Shown here: positions 50,232 through 59,705 of the stretch, piece after piece | Position numbering within the stretch: the stretch's first letter is position 1 | How the letters are laid out: every line of letters begins with the position of its first letter | Source of the DNA: an uncultured Puniceicoccaceae bacterium | Lineage (GTDB): Bacteria; Verrucomicrobiota; Verrucomicrobiia; Opitutales; Oceanipulchritudinaceae | Reading direction: 5' to 3' | DNA length: 64,000 nt | Assembly: GCA_963933835.1 (NCBI GenBank) | Contig: CAWVVV010000002.1 | Span: forward strand, 64,001-128,000 | The notes under the pieces: model-generated | Databases searched by the model: none | What the model was told of the DNA's origin: nothing | Seen by the model: only the letters and a program-made list of their open reading frames with translations | Program-made: the position numbers and the translations under genes

Positions 50232-50738
50232 CTAAAAGGCGACTAGCCACTCTGACGGGGCATCGCCCATCTCGACCATTGCTTCGATAAACCCTTGAGC
50301 AGAAGCAGGATCTGAATGATACCAAACCGCGAGCAGACCTAGAAAAACATCTGGCTGCTGTCGAGCGTTGCCGACCTGCTCCTGGACCAGAGCCGCGGTC
50401 TTAACCTCCCCAACAACGCGGAAAAAGCGCTCGGTTAAAACACGGCGAGACGCGGCATCAGGCAGTGCCGCTAGCGCCACGATCACCGCATCGAGCTGAG
50501 CGGGGTGACGATCCTGTGGCCGGTAAGAGTAAAGCAGGCCCCAATCCAAGGGCTCTCCGACGAGCTGCTCAAAAAGCGCCTGCGCCTCGCGCTCAGATGA
50601 CTTCAGCCCGGATTCGGCACCCGATCCGGGTTCAGCGTGGAAAGCAAAGGCTGAAAAAAGTCCCATCGTGTAAACGACACCCAGCGAGAGAAGCCAAGTG
50701 ATGCCCAGAACGATTGGAGTCATAGTAGATCTTTTCAT
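50232..50738 (-). CDS. Hypothetical membrane-anchored protein
   Basis: 168 aa, N-terminal hydrophobic helix, ATGA overlap with the upstream gene. Confidence 0.65.
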   Translation of the reverse strand: MKRSTMTPIVLGITWLLSLGVVYTMGLFSAFAFHAEPGSGAESGLKSSEREAQALFEQLVGEPLDWGLLYSYRPQDRHPAQLDAVIVALAALPDAASRRVLTERFFRVVGEVKTAALVQEQVGNARQQPDVFLGLLAVWYHSDPASAQGFIEAMVEMGDAPSEWLVAF

Positions 50739-51223
50739 GATGCCTCGGGTGGAGTGAAGAAGCCAGGGATCCGGCCTTCGTCGAAATCGATCAAATCGCA
50801 GACGGATTTGATTTCACCGATTTTACTGGCGCACCCCATCGCGGCGAGAGCGTCGCCAAGGAATTCAGCCCCGGCCTCGGTCATGCCTTTTTGCACCACT
50901 TCGCGGTTCCACTTGATCACCTGCACGTCATCGGGAAACAGCTCAAGAAGCGCAGTGGCGAGAGCAGCATCGTCGTCTCCAGCAGCCTCCACCGCGGCTA
51001 GGACAGCCTTTGGTTCGACATCCAGATGCATGCAAAGAAAACGATCAAAGCCACGGCAAAAGTTCTTTTGGTAGCTCTTTGGCAGCCCACCTTTGAGCGA
51101 TAGCCGACACTTAGCGATGAAGCGCGGCAGGTGGAGCAGACCTGTCGCGGCGTGCGGCAGGTAAGGCGAAGGAAGATACCAAGCGACCTCTCCAGTAGAT
51201 CCTTGAATGGGTTGATCTGACAT
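50735..51223 (-). CDS. DUF5069-like protein
   Basis: LPSPY...GLLHLPRFIAKCR...GFDRFLC...WN...DLIDFDEGR; start at ATG 51223. Confidence 0.75.
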   Translation of the reverse strand: MSDQPIQGSTGEVAWYLPSPYLPHAATGLLHLPRFIAKCRLSLKGGLPKSYQKNFCRGFDRFLCMHLDVEPKAVLAAVEAAGDDDAALATALLELFPDDVQVIKWNREVVQKGMTEAGAEFLGDALAAMGCASKIGEIKSVCDLIDFDEGRIPGFFTPPEAS

Positions 51224-51363
51224 GGCGAAGAATCGAAACGCCCACCGCCAGAAGCGCGAATTCTTTTTCAACTCAGATCTAGACGAAAACAGACTGACCT
51301 TTGACAGCAGGCGGTGAGCGCGTTGAGTAGACACTGGCCTGCTCAACTTGGCCACCTCCGTTC

Positions 51364-53109
51364 ATGAACACAATTTGGCGCGTCTCTTCCTATCTTTTCA
51401 AACACCGCTTGCTCTTCATCCTCACCCTGACCTTCGCGATCGGGACGGTGGCGATGGAGTTAGCTGTGCCATGGATGGTGCGCTCGATGCTCAACCAGGT
51501 CGAAGCCGAGGCGAATTACTCCCAGCTCTGGATCGGCGCCGGCATCATCGCTCTCCTCTACTTTGGAAGCGCGGTTTTCAACGGCCTACGGATCGCGATC
51601 AACAATACTCTAGAGCAACGGGTCCTCTTGGAAATGCGGCGGGATATCCATCAGAAACTCCTCTGCCTCCCGATCTCATTTTTCGACCAGCGCAAGAGCG
51701 GCGACATCTCTTCCCGCGTGATCGAAGACGTGGCCAGCGTAGAACGCGCCCTGCTCGACGGCACCGAAATGGGCTCTAGGTCGATCGTCACCATCGTTGG
51801 TGTCACCGTCCTGCTTTTCATCCTTAACCCTACCCTCGCGGCCCTAGTTTTCCTCCCCGTTCCACTACTCATTGTCGGAGGATATTACTACGCCAAAGGC
51901 TCACGAAAGGTCTGGAAGCGCGTGCGCGAGGCCGGCGGCGATCTGAACAGCCTTCTCGTAGAAGATATTCAGGGCAATCGCCTCATCCAGACGTTCGGCC
52001 TACAGGCGCGCGAAGGCGCGCGATTCAACAAGCTTGCCCACCTCTACAAGGACCTAAACTTGAGCGCGATGTTTCGCTGGTCGGTCTACAGTCCAACGAC
52101 GAGCATGGTGACAAATCTTGGCTTCGTCGCGATCATTGGCCTCGGCGGTTACTTCATCCTCCAGGGGCAAGCAGGCTTTGGTTTTCCAGACCTTGTCGCG
52201 TTCCTCCTTTACGCCTTTCTCCTCTACGGCCCGATCAGCCAGCTCCATAGCATTAACCATATGATCACGGCAGGGCGGGCATCGGGTGATCGTGTATTTG
52301 AAATCCTAGACGCCCCCGTCGATATCGAAGAGCCAACCAACCCCAAGCCATGGCCCGAAGGCTCGATCGAAATCAAATTCGATAACGTCACCTTTCAGTA
52401 TCCCAGTCGCCCAGAGGTGCTTGAAGACTTCGAGCTCACTCTTCCTGCAGGCAAGGTAACCGCACTCGTAGGACATACTGGCGCGGGCAAGAGTACCGTC
52501 GCAAACCTCACAATGCGCGCCTATGATGCGACAAGCGGCGCAGTCCTGCTCAACGGCGTCGATGTGCGCGAGCTCAGCCTGCATGAGCTACACTCCCAAA
52601 TCGGACACGTTGCTCAAGATCCTTTCCTCTTTGAAGGAAGCGTCGAAGACAATCTGCGCCTCGCCAAAGAAAATGCTACCCTAGAAGAGATTGAAGCAAG
52701 CCTACGCGGTGCCTGCGCGTGGGAATTTGTTCAAGCCCTGCCCGACAAGCTAGATACAAATATCGGTGAAAAGGGCATTGGTCTCTCCCAGGGAGAAAAG
52801 CAACGCCTCACCATCGCCCGTGTTATTTTGAAGAATCCGCCCTTCGTCATACTCGATGAAGCCACTGCGAGTGTGGATACGATAACCGAAAAAGAAATCC
52901 AGACTGCCCTCGAAAATCTCACCGCGCAGCGCACCGTGTTGATTATCGCGCACCGCTTATCGACAGTGCGCAAAGCCGATCAGATCGTCGTGCTCGACCA
53001 TGGGAAGATCATCGAAAAAGGAACCCATGACGAACTCTGCGTCCTCGACCGTCACTACGCGAAACTCTGGAATATTCAGAGTGATTTTATTGTCGAAGAC
53101 ACGGGGTAA
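51364..53109 (+). CDS. ABC exporter, fused permease/ATPase (MsbA-like)
   Basis: Six TM segments, FFDQRKSGDISSR, GHTGAGKST, LSQGEKQR, LDEATASVD, IAHRLST. Confidence 0.93.
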   Translation: MNTIWRVSSYLFKHRLLFILTLTFAIGTVAMELAVPWMVRSMLNQVEAEANYSQLWIGAGIIALLYFGSAVFNGLRIAINNTLEQRVLLEMRRDIHQKLLCLPISFFDQRKSGDISSRVIEDVASVERALLDGTEMGSRSIVTIVGVTVLLFILNPTLAALVFLPVPLLIVGGYYYAKGSRKVWKRVREAGGDLNSLLVEDIQGNRLIQTFGLQAREGARFNKLAHLYKDLNLSAMFRWSVYSPTTSMVTNLGFVAIIGLGGYFILQGQAGFGFPDLVAFLLYAFLLYGPISQLHSINHMITAGRASGDRVFEILDAPVDIEEPTNPKPWPEGSIEIKFDNVTFQYPSRPEVLEDFELTLPAGKVTALVGHTGAGKSTVANLTMRAYDATSGAVLLNGVDVRELSLHELHSQIGHVAQDPFLFEGSVEDNLRLAKENATLEEIEASLRGACAWEFVQALPDKLDTNIGEKGIGLSQGEKQRLTIARVILKNPPFVILDEATASVDTITEKEIQTALENLTAQRTVLIIAHRLSTVRKADQIVVLDHGKIIEKGTHDELCVLDRHYAKLWNIQSDFIVEDTG

Positions 53110-53215
53110 AGCAGAGGCGCAAAGATATTTTCCCTCGCTCCCTATCTATTGATCCTCATTTTGGAGCCTTCATCGGATAAATTCGTCAGTTTTACCTAAA
53201 ATCAACGCGCAACAG

Positions 53216-53494
53216 ATGCCAGAAGAACTCACCAAAAATCTCAAGGTAACGAGCAAGATGGGCCTCCATGCCCGTCCCGCCGCGATGATTGTGCGGATCG
53301 CAAACAAATACGCGGCCGAGGTCTATGTCGAAAAAGATGATGAGCAAGTGAATGGGAAAAGCATTATGGGCCTGATGATGCTCGCAGCAGGGCAAGGTTC
53401 TACCCTTCGCTTTATGGTCGCCGGGGAAGGCGCTGAGGAGATGCTCAAGGACCTCGAAGAGCTTTTTGAGAGCGAGTTCGACGAGCAGGCTTAG
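53216..53494 (+). CDS. ptsH: Phosphocarrier protein HPr
   Basis: GLHARPAA (His15) and NGKSIMGLMML (Ser46). Confidence 0.93.
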   Translation: MPEELTKNLKVTSKMGLHARPAAMIVRIANKYAAEVYVEKDDEQVNGKSIMGLMMLAAGQGSTLRFMVAGEGAEEMLKDLEELFESEFDEQA

Positions 53495-53510
53495 TCAGCC
53501 CCAATATCTA

Positions 53511-54986
53511 CTACATCGGGGCGATGCGGCCGCGCTTAATCGCAGCCTTCAGGGCGGCAATCGTGATATCGAGGGTACGAATTCTTGCGTGCATTTTCGA
53601 CACAGAGGAAACGAGATTCCAAGGAGCGTTCTTTGTGTTCGTATTTTCCACCATCTCATTCACCGCTTGATCGTAGAGATGACTCTTCTCGCGATTCCGC
53701 CAATCGTCTGGAGTGATCTTCCACTGCTTAATGGGGTTCTCTTCTCTTGCCCGGAAACGCTCGAGTTGGGTGTCCTGATCAATATGGAGCCAGAATTTTA
53801 GAATCACTGTTCCAAAATTAGTGAGCTGCGCCTCCATTTCATTGATTTCCTGGTACGCCTGCTGCCACTCCTTGTTCGTGCAAAAGTCTTCGACGCGTTC
53901 GACGAGCACACGGCCATACCACGAGCGGTCGAAAATGGTAATTCTTCCACGCGGAGGCAGCTGTTTCCAAAAGCGCCAAAGATAGTGGTGCGCGAGCTCT
54001 CGCTCCGAAGGTGGACCGACACCGATGACTTTAAAACTGCGGGGATCAATCCCCTGAAGGAGGCGTTTAATGCAGCCCCCTTTACCTGCAGCATCCGATC
54101 CGCAATAAACGAGTACCACAGGAATCTTCTGCGCATTGATCTGGTGAACAAGCTCATACATCTCCGACTGGCGTTCCTTGAGCATTTGCTTGTACTCAGA
54201 GCGATCCAAGTCCGAAGTCAGGTCGATCTCTGAAAGATAATCTCGGCCAGTGTATGGTATCCACTTATCCCTTACACTCTGTTTTTCTTCTGAAGCCTTA
54301 CGCTTCTCTATCGCCGCGCGAAAACTCTCGATGAGGATTTCGTAGAGACGCTGGGTTCCCTTTTTCAGGTCGTCCGTCTCGATCACAGACCACTCTGCGC
54401 CGGGGTGCTTCGTCGACTGCATCATCGATTCTACTTGAGCGCGGTAGGCGGCATACTGCTCATGCCGCCGCCAGTCCTTTTTCCTCACCCGCCAAGCCGT
54501 CTTTGGATTGTTTTCGAGGGCCTTAAATCGGCGCGCCTGCTCTTTTTTCGAGCTCACGAGAAAGACCTTGATGAGGAGGGTGCCCGCATCGACTTGGTTA
54601 CGCTCAAAGCTCACAATGTCTTTCCAATATTGATCGAGCGTTTTTTCGGGCAAGCCGCCTTCGGCCCATGCATCAAGGACCCGATAGTAGGCACTCCGGT
54701 CAAAAAACTGAACATCGCCCTCGAGAGGGAGGTTGTTCCACATATCCCACAGTAGCGGATGCTCTTGGAGATGTCGTTCACTTGCATGGACAGCGCGGAT
54801 GGAATAAACCCGTGCATCCAGCTCAAGTAGAACCCGATTCAAGACATGCCCCTTACCACTGCCGTCGATGCCTTCGATCACTACAATCGATGGCAACCCA
54901 AGGCCTTTTGCCTCGCGCTGTAGCTCGCCTAATTCGATCGCAAGGTCTTTGGGGCGCTTCGAGGGGGTCTCAACTAGTTCACTCAT
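53511..54986 (-). CDS. Two-domain polyphosphate kinase 2 (polyP:AMP phosphotransferase-like)
   Basis: Two PPK2 domains: EGIDGSGKG...FDRSAY and GSDAAGKGG...FDRSWYGRVLVERVE. Confidence 0.9.
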   Translation of the reverse strand: MSELVETPSKRPKDLAIELGELQREAKGLGLPSIVVIEGIDGSGKGHVLNRVLLELDARVYSIRAVHASERHLQEHPLLWDMWNNLPLEGDVQFFDRSAYYRVLDAWAEGGLPEKTLDQYWKDIVSFERNQVDAGTLLIKVFLVSSKKEQARRFKALENNPKTAWRVRKKDWRRHEQYAAYRAQVESMMQSTKHPGAEWSVIETDDLKKGTQRLYEILIESFRAAIEKRKASEEKQSVRDKWIPYTGRDYLSEIDLTSDLDRSEYKQMLKERQSEMYELVHQINAQKIPVVLVYCGSDAAGKGGCIKRLLQGIDPRSFKVIGVGPPSERELAHHYLWRFWKQLPPRGRITIFDRSWYGRVLVERVEDFCTNKEWQQAYQEINEMEAQLTNFGTVILKFWLHIDQDTQLERFRAREENPIKQWKITPDDWRNREKSHLYDQAVNEMVENTNTKNAPWNLVSSVSKMHARIRTLDITIAALKAAIKRGRIAPM

Positions 54987-55131
54987 GGCAGCTCTACGCT
55001 AGCTATGGTCGCACGGACGAGCCTACGGGCAATTCAAAAAAGCGCCCTGTTCGCGCATCTCGAGGCCTTATCAAAAAAATTCCCCACTTTGAAGGATTGG
55101 CAAAAGCTCAGAAGCGCGTATGTAAACTTAA

Positions 55132-55956
55132 ATGTCGAAGGAAATACATCCGCCAAAAGCATACAAAAACGATGACTTTTTAAACAGCGGTGCAGCACGA
55201 AATATTCGTGTTCTCTGCGAAATGAGTGAGCCCGAGGCGCGCTTCAAAGAAGAGAACATACAGGACACCCTCGTCTACTTCGGTTCCGCGCGCTCGATTC
55301 CTGAAGTAGAGGCTAAGGCCAATCTCGAAGGGCTCGAAAAGGCACTGAAAGACCCTGCAAACCCATCCACAGCCGAAACCGGCGCGATCAGTAAGGCTAA
55401 AGCACAGCTCAAGCTAGCTCCCTACTACGATGCTGCAGTCGAACTTTCCTCGCGAATGACGAAGTGGTCGATTGCGCTGCGGAACCCCCAATTGCGCTTC
55501 ATCTCGTGCACCGGTGGCGGACCGGGAATGATGGAAGCTGCGAATCGCGGAGCCCAAAACGCAAAGGGTGCGAGTATCGGCCTCGGGATTAGCCTGCCCT
55601 TCGAGCAAGGGCTCAATCCCTATGTCACGCCGGATCTAGCTTTCGAGTTTCACTACTTTTTCGTTCGCAAATACTGCTTCGCCTATTGGGCAAAAGCCAT
55701 CGTCGTTTTTCCCGGAGGCTTTGGGACGATGGATGAACTCTTTGAACTCATGACGCTCATTCAGACCGGCAAGATTTCAAAGAAGATGCCGATCGTCCTC
55801 TTTGGCGCGAAGTTCTGGAACGACATTCTCAACTTCGATGCTTTCGTTGAATGGGGTGTCATCTCGCCGAGTGATCTCGATTTATTCAAGATCGTAGATA
55901 CGGTAGAGGAAGCAGAAGAGTTTCTCATCGCAGAGCTCTCCGCTCTCTATCTTTAA
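55132..55956 (+). CDS. LOG family nucleotide monophosphate nucleosidase
   Basis: FGSAR, TGGGPGMMEAAN, LPFEQ, YFFVRK, PGGFGTMDE. Confidence 0.93.
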   Translation: MSKEIHPPKAYKNDDFLNSGAARNIRVLCEMSEPEARFKEENIQDTLVYFGSARSIPEVEAKANLEGLEKALKDPANPSTAETGAISKAKAQLKLAPYYDAAVELSSRMTKWSIALRNPQLRFISCTGGGPGMMEAANRGAQNAKGASIGLGISLPFEQGLNPYVTPDLAFEFHYFFVRKYCFAYWAKAIVVFPGGFGTMDELFELMTLIQTGKISKKMPIVLFGAKFWNDILNFDAFVEWGVISPSDLDLFKIVDTVEEAEEFLIAELSALYL

Positions 55957-55986
55957 ATGAAAGACTCGTAAGGAAGAAGCACACGC

Positions 55987-56409
55987 ATGCGGCTTATCCA
56001 GCAATCGGGCGCGATCGTCGGGCTCTCAGTTATCCTAGCTTTGCTGGTCGCTTTCGCCCACCCCAAGGCTCCCTCCGCCCCTTGGCTTACACCGGCAGAT
56101 ACCTACCGCGTTGGATTCGAAGCGCTTGAGAATCTGGATACAATCATCTGGGTCGATGCGCGCACCAAAGCCGCCTACGACAGTGAGCATGCGCCGGGAG
56201 CTATTCATCTCAACGAAGACAATTGGGAAGGCGCTTTCTTTACCCTACTCGAAGGGTGGACGCCCGAACAGACGATCATCGTCTACTGCAATGCAAAGGA
56301 CTGCCATGCGAGTGAAGTCGTCGCTCAGCGCCTTCGCCGTGATCTCGATATTGATGACGTTTACTATCTCGAAGGCGGCGGGGACAGCCTGAAGGAGCTC
56401 CTGAGATGA
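55987..56409 (+). CDS. Membrane-anchored rhodanese-like protein
   Basis: N-terminal TM, WVDAR...Y...HAPGAI, IVYCNAKDCHAS, LEGG. Confidence 0.85.
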   Translation: MRLIQQSGAIVGLSVILALLVAFAHPKAPSAPWLTPADTYRVGFEALENLDTIIWVDARTKAAYDSEHAPGAIHLNEDNWEGAFFTLLEGWTPEQTIIVYCNAKDCHASEVVAQRLRRDLDIDDVYYLEGGGDSLKELLR

Positions 56410-56807
56410 CCGGGGGCTTAACGATCTTTTGTCGGTTTTTTCTAAGCTTCTTTTTCATCCTTTCGGGTATTGTTAAGCTACTCGACCCCGGACGCTTCTA
56501 TCTCGATGTGAAAGCCTTCGAGCTCTTGCCCTTGAACGTCGCTTATGGCGTAGCGCTATTTTTACCCGTCTTCGAGCTGGTTGCGGCGGCAGCTCTCTGG
56601 ATTCCGCGGCTGCGGCGGGGGGCTGCGGCGCTCCTTGGGCTTAGTATCCTAAGTTTTATGGGGGCACTACTGATGAGTCACTTCAGGGGCCTCAATCTCG
56701 ATTGCGGCTGTTTTGGAGACTGGCTGATCTTTCCGTCGCTCAGCGCTCATATCGCTTTTAATACCGGGCTCGGACTCATGGGCCTGTGGCTTTTGCGAAG
56801 CAAGTAG
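56406..56807 (+). CDS. MauE/DoxX family membrane protein
   Basis: SGIVKLLDP, LPVFEL, GLNLDCGCFG; ATGA overlap with the rhodanese gene. Confidence 0.85.
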   Translation: MTGGLTIFCRFFLSFFFILSGIVKLLDPGRFYLDVKAFELLPLNVAYGVALFLPVFELVAAAALWIPRLRRGAAALLGLSILSFMGALLMSHFRGLNLDCGCFGDWLIFPSLSAHIAFNTGLGLMGLWLLRSK

Positions 56808-56910
56808 GTGGGCAAAGGATCTGGTAAACAGTGCCGAAAAACGTATCGATCTGCAAAATCAGATTTCTCTCCTTCCGGAAGTAAAGCCACCTCTACCAGA
56901 GCTTGATCCG

Positions 56911-57333
56911 ATGGAAAAGGTCCTCTTGAAATTTTCGCCGCAGTTTCAACGCAAATGGGCAGACCTAGAATTAGCGGCAGAAAACCAGGTCAAACTGAGG
57001 CACAAACTTTCATGTGATGAAAAAATATTGTCAGAAAATCTAACTACACAACTGAACAACTTTGTCGCTGCTCTTGTAAGCTTTGAATCCGCCGCGCTGA
57101 AGAATCCGACGCTGCCCGTTTTTAAACCTTCTGCTGATCCTCAAGCGGGAGACCTCGTTGTCGTTTCAGAAAATGACGATCGATGGACAGAATCGAAGGG
57201 ATTGCTCCCAGACAACTTGCAGCAATACCGCTCCAATAAAGCCCCTGTGAACACACCTCGCTTCTTTTGCCGACTCACTCTGACGCCCGAATCCAAAGAG
57301 CTGGCCGCAAGTCGTGAGAAGGTCTACTTCTGA
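56911..57333 (+). CDS. Hypothetical protein
   Basis: 140 aa ATG-started ORF, AT-richer than neighbours, no recognisable motif. Confidence 0.5.
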   Translation: MEKVLLKFSPQFQRKWADLELAAENQVKLRHKLSCDEKILSENLTTQLNNFVAALVSFESAALKNPTLPVFKPSADPQAGDLVVVSENDDRWTESKGLLPDNLQQYRSNKAPVNTPRFFCRLTLTPESKELAASREKVYF

Positions 57334-57857
57334 TCAGAAAAGCGCCGCCACAAATATACAAATGAAGGCGCAAACTCAGGTTCTTGCGCTTGGAGCGTGG
57401 TTTCAAGGCGCCCCAACTCGAACCATTCGCCTCGCTCAATTTCTTCGGGGTGAAGAATAAAGGGGCCTTCGGACTCCGCTTGGTAGGCGCGGACAAATTC
57501 GTTTCCAGTTTCGCGACAAGCGTCGACGCGAAGAACCTCTGTGGGCACACTGCTCAGCTCGATGCCGATTTCTTCGCGTGTCTCTCGCACGACCGCCGCT
57601 CCATAGCCTTCGCCCGCATCCAGATGGCCGGAAGTTGAACTGTCCCAGAGGCCGGGCGCGACGTCCTTGCTCATCGAACGCTTCTGCAAGAATACTTCAC
57701 CTGCTTGATTGAAGACAAAGAGGTGAATTGCTCGATGTAACAGACCTTCACGGTGGACGATCGAACGCAGCTCTTGGCGTACAACGGTGTTTCGCTCATC
57801 GACAACGTCGAACCATTCGTCTCCGACTGGAGCCTTCGGAAACACACACTCGCTCAT
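57324..57857 (-). CDS. NUDIX hydrolase (IPP-isomerase/YfcD-like)
   Basis: VHREGLLHRAIH, LQKRS..KD..PGLWD, Nudix box GHLDAGEGYGAAVVRETREEIG. Confidence 0.9.
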   Translation of the reverse strand: MSECVFPKAPVGDEWFDVVDERNTVVRQELRSIVHREGLLHRAIHLFVFNQAGEVFLQKRSMSKDVAPGLWDSSTSGHLDAGEGYGAAVVRETREEIGIELSSVPTEVLRVDACRETGNEFVRAYQAESEGPFILHPEEIERGEWFELGRLETTLQAQEPEFAPSFVYLWRRFSDQK

Positions 57858-57859
57858 CC

Positions 57860-58564
57860 TTACTGCGACGAATCTACCCCGCGGAGGTGTGCATGTGCAA
57901 GCGTTTCGTCCTTTTCAGACACCTTCACGACGATTTCACCTTCCGTCGTATCTCCAATGTAAGGAAGGGCGGCCGACGCTAACAAGGGCAGGTATTTTCT
58001 CAAATCTGAGCTCTCGTCGATCAGACGCATTTGAATCGTCCAGACCTCATTCCCCGAAGTATCATGCGCAATCAAGACCAGCGACTTCTCATAGACTGTA
58101 ACATTATAGGCAATGTTGCGGTAACCCGCGAGCTCACGCCGGGGTGGCACATAAATACTCGTGCGGACGTAACGCACAATTTTGCCGTTTTGGCCGCGCA
58201 CAGGCGTCGAAATTGAGCGAGATCCACCCCGCGAACGGTAGTAGAGCGGCTCCGAACGCAATTCCGTCGTTGTTAAGGGATCAGATACTTTTGCCTGAAA
58301 TGAGACAATGACGTCGGTCTCATCTGGATCCACCGCTAGGGACCAACCGCGCGCCACCAGCGTCTTGGAAATAAGATTTGAGGCCTCTTGATATCGCAGG
58401 CGCGATCCGGGTTGTGAGCCCATTGGCTCCTCCAATACAAATGTCTTTAGCGACTCCGCCTCTGTAGCCGCCAATGCATCGACCTGAACTCGATAGGTCG
58501 TGGTGCAGCCTACAAAAAGGCCTAGAAGAAAACTGGCCCCGGAGATTCGTATCAAATTTTTCAT
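57860..58564 (-). CDS. Lipoprotein (DUF4136-like)
   Basis: MKNLIRISGASFLLGLFVGC lipobox; Y.VQVDA; C-terminal VW.....DESSDLRKYLPLLA. Confidence 0.7.
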   Translation of the reverse strand: MKNLIRISGASFLLGLFVGCTTTYRVQVDALAATEAESLKTFVLEEPMGSQPGSRLRYQEASNLISKTLVARGWSLAVDPDETDVIVSFQAKVSDPLTTTELRSEPLYYRSRGGSRSISTPVRGQNGKIVRYVRTSIYVPPRRELAGYRNIAYNVTVYEKSLVLIAHDTSGNEVWTIQMRLIDESSDLRKYLPLLASAALPYIGDTTEGEIVVKVSEKDETLAHAHLRGVDSSQ

Positions 58565-58689
58565 GGAAAACCTTTCAAAGTCTATAGAAGAGCAGCATCG
58601 GACAGACACCCGAACAAACACCTTTTATGAGATCGGCGCAAGCGTCATCGCGATTGCCATCGGCCGGAGGAAGGCTTCTTATACATCCC

Positions 58690-59007
58690 ATGATTCTTTA
58701 TTTGCTACCGGTCTTCGTCTTAACGACGGGGATATTTGGCTTTGGGGCGTATTTTGCCGGCGGCTATGTCTTTGAAGTGACCGCAGCACAGCTCACGCGC
58801 ACCTGCCTCTGGCTCCTCCTTTCCCTTGTCGTTGCGCCTCCCGCCTACTTCAGCGTTTACATGCTCGCGCAGCCCAAGAAAGCAGGCGATCCGCCCGTCA
58901 CGCCGGACGCTGCCGCGATTCCTGCGCTATGGCTAGCCGTCCTCATTATCGGAATCCTTTTCGGACTCTGGCGGGCAAGAGCGAAGCGCCTGCGCGAAGA
59001 CGTATGA
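58690..59007 (+). CDS. Small membrane protein
   Basis: 105 aa with three hydrophobic segments; ATGA overlap with the next gene. Confidence 0.65.
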   Translation: MILYLLPVFVLTTGIFGFGAYFAGGYVFEVTAAQLTRTCLWLLLSLVVAPPAYFSVYMLAQPKKAGDPPVTPDAAAIPALWLAVLIIGILFGLWRARAKRLREDV

Positions 59008-59705
59008 TCGAGTCCCTCAGCGCAATTGACGGGGCTGGCGCAGCCTTTGTCGCAGGATTAGTTAGTAGCCTCCACTGCACCGCGATGTGCGGCCCAGTCG
59101 CGCTCCTGCTCGCACCCAAACCAGGCGAACACGTCAGTTTCATTACCCTGACCGCCACCTACCAAATCAGCCGAATACTTGCTTTTACTATTGGAGGCCT
59201 GATCGCTGGCGGCCTCGGCATGATCGCATTGAACTGGACCTCACTCTACGAAAGTTCAGCCGCACATTACCTGCCATGGCTCCTCGTAGTCTTTTTTCTA
59301 CTACTTGCTTTCCGCTTTGACCGAATTGGACTCGGATCGAAGCTCGTCGGCGGTTTATGGGGAAAACTCACCCGTCGGTTTTTTAGACTACCAAAGCCGA
59401 TCGCAGCCGCGGCCGCAGGGCTCCTGACACCCTTTCTGCCTTGTGGCCCGCTTTATCTCGTTCTCAGTCTCGCACTGATGAGCCAATCACCTCTAAGGGG
59501 AGCGGAATTTCTGCTCGCATTCGGCTTGGGCACCCTCCCGCTTCTTTGGTTTGCGCAGCATCAATACCACTTTTGGCAGCAACGCATCTCGCCCAAACGA
59601 ATCGATCAAGTCCAACGAGCAGTGGCGCTTGTCGCAGCCAGTGTTATCGGCATTCGTCTTATCCTTTTTGATACCACCAGCACTGGGCTTTTTTGCGGTA
59701 ATTGA
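59004..59705 (+). CDS. DsbD_2 / TauE-SafE family membrane protein (cbb3 oxidase assembly-associated type)
   Basis: GLVSSLHCTAMCGP, Y..SRI, LPCGPLY, FGLGTLP. Confidence 0.88.
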   Translation: MIESLSAIDGAGAAFVAGLVSSLHCTAMCGPVALLLAPKPGEHVSFITLTATYQISRILAFTIGGLIAGGLGMIALNWTSLYESSAAHYLPWLLVVFFLLLAFRFDRIGLGSKLVGGLWGKLTRRFFRLPKPIAAAAAGLLTPFLPCGPLYLVLSLALMSQSPLRGAEFLLAFGLGTLPLLWFAQHQYHFWQQRISPKRIDQVQRAVALVAASVIGIRLILFDTTSTGLFCGN

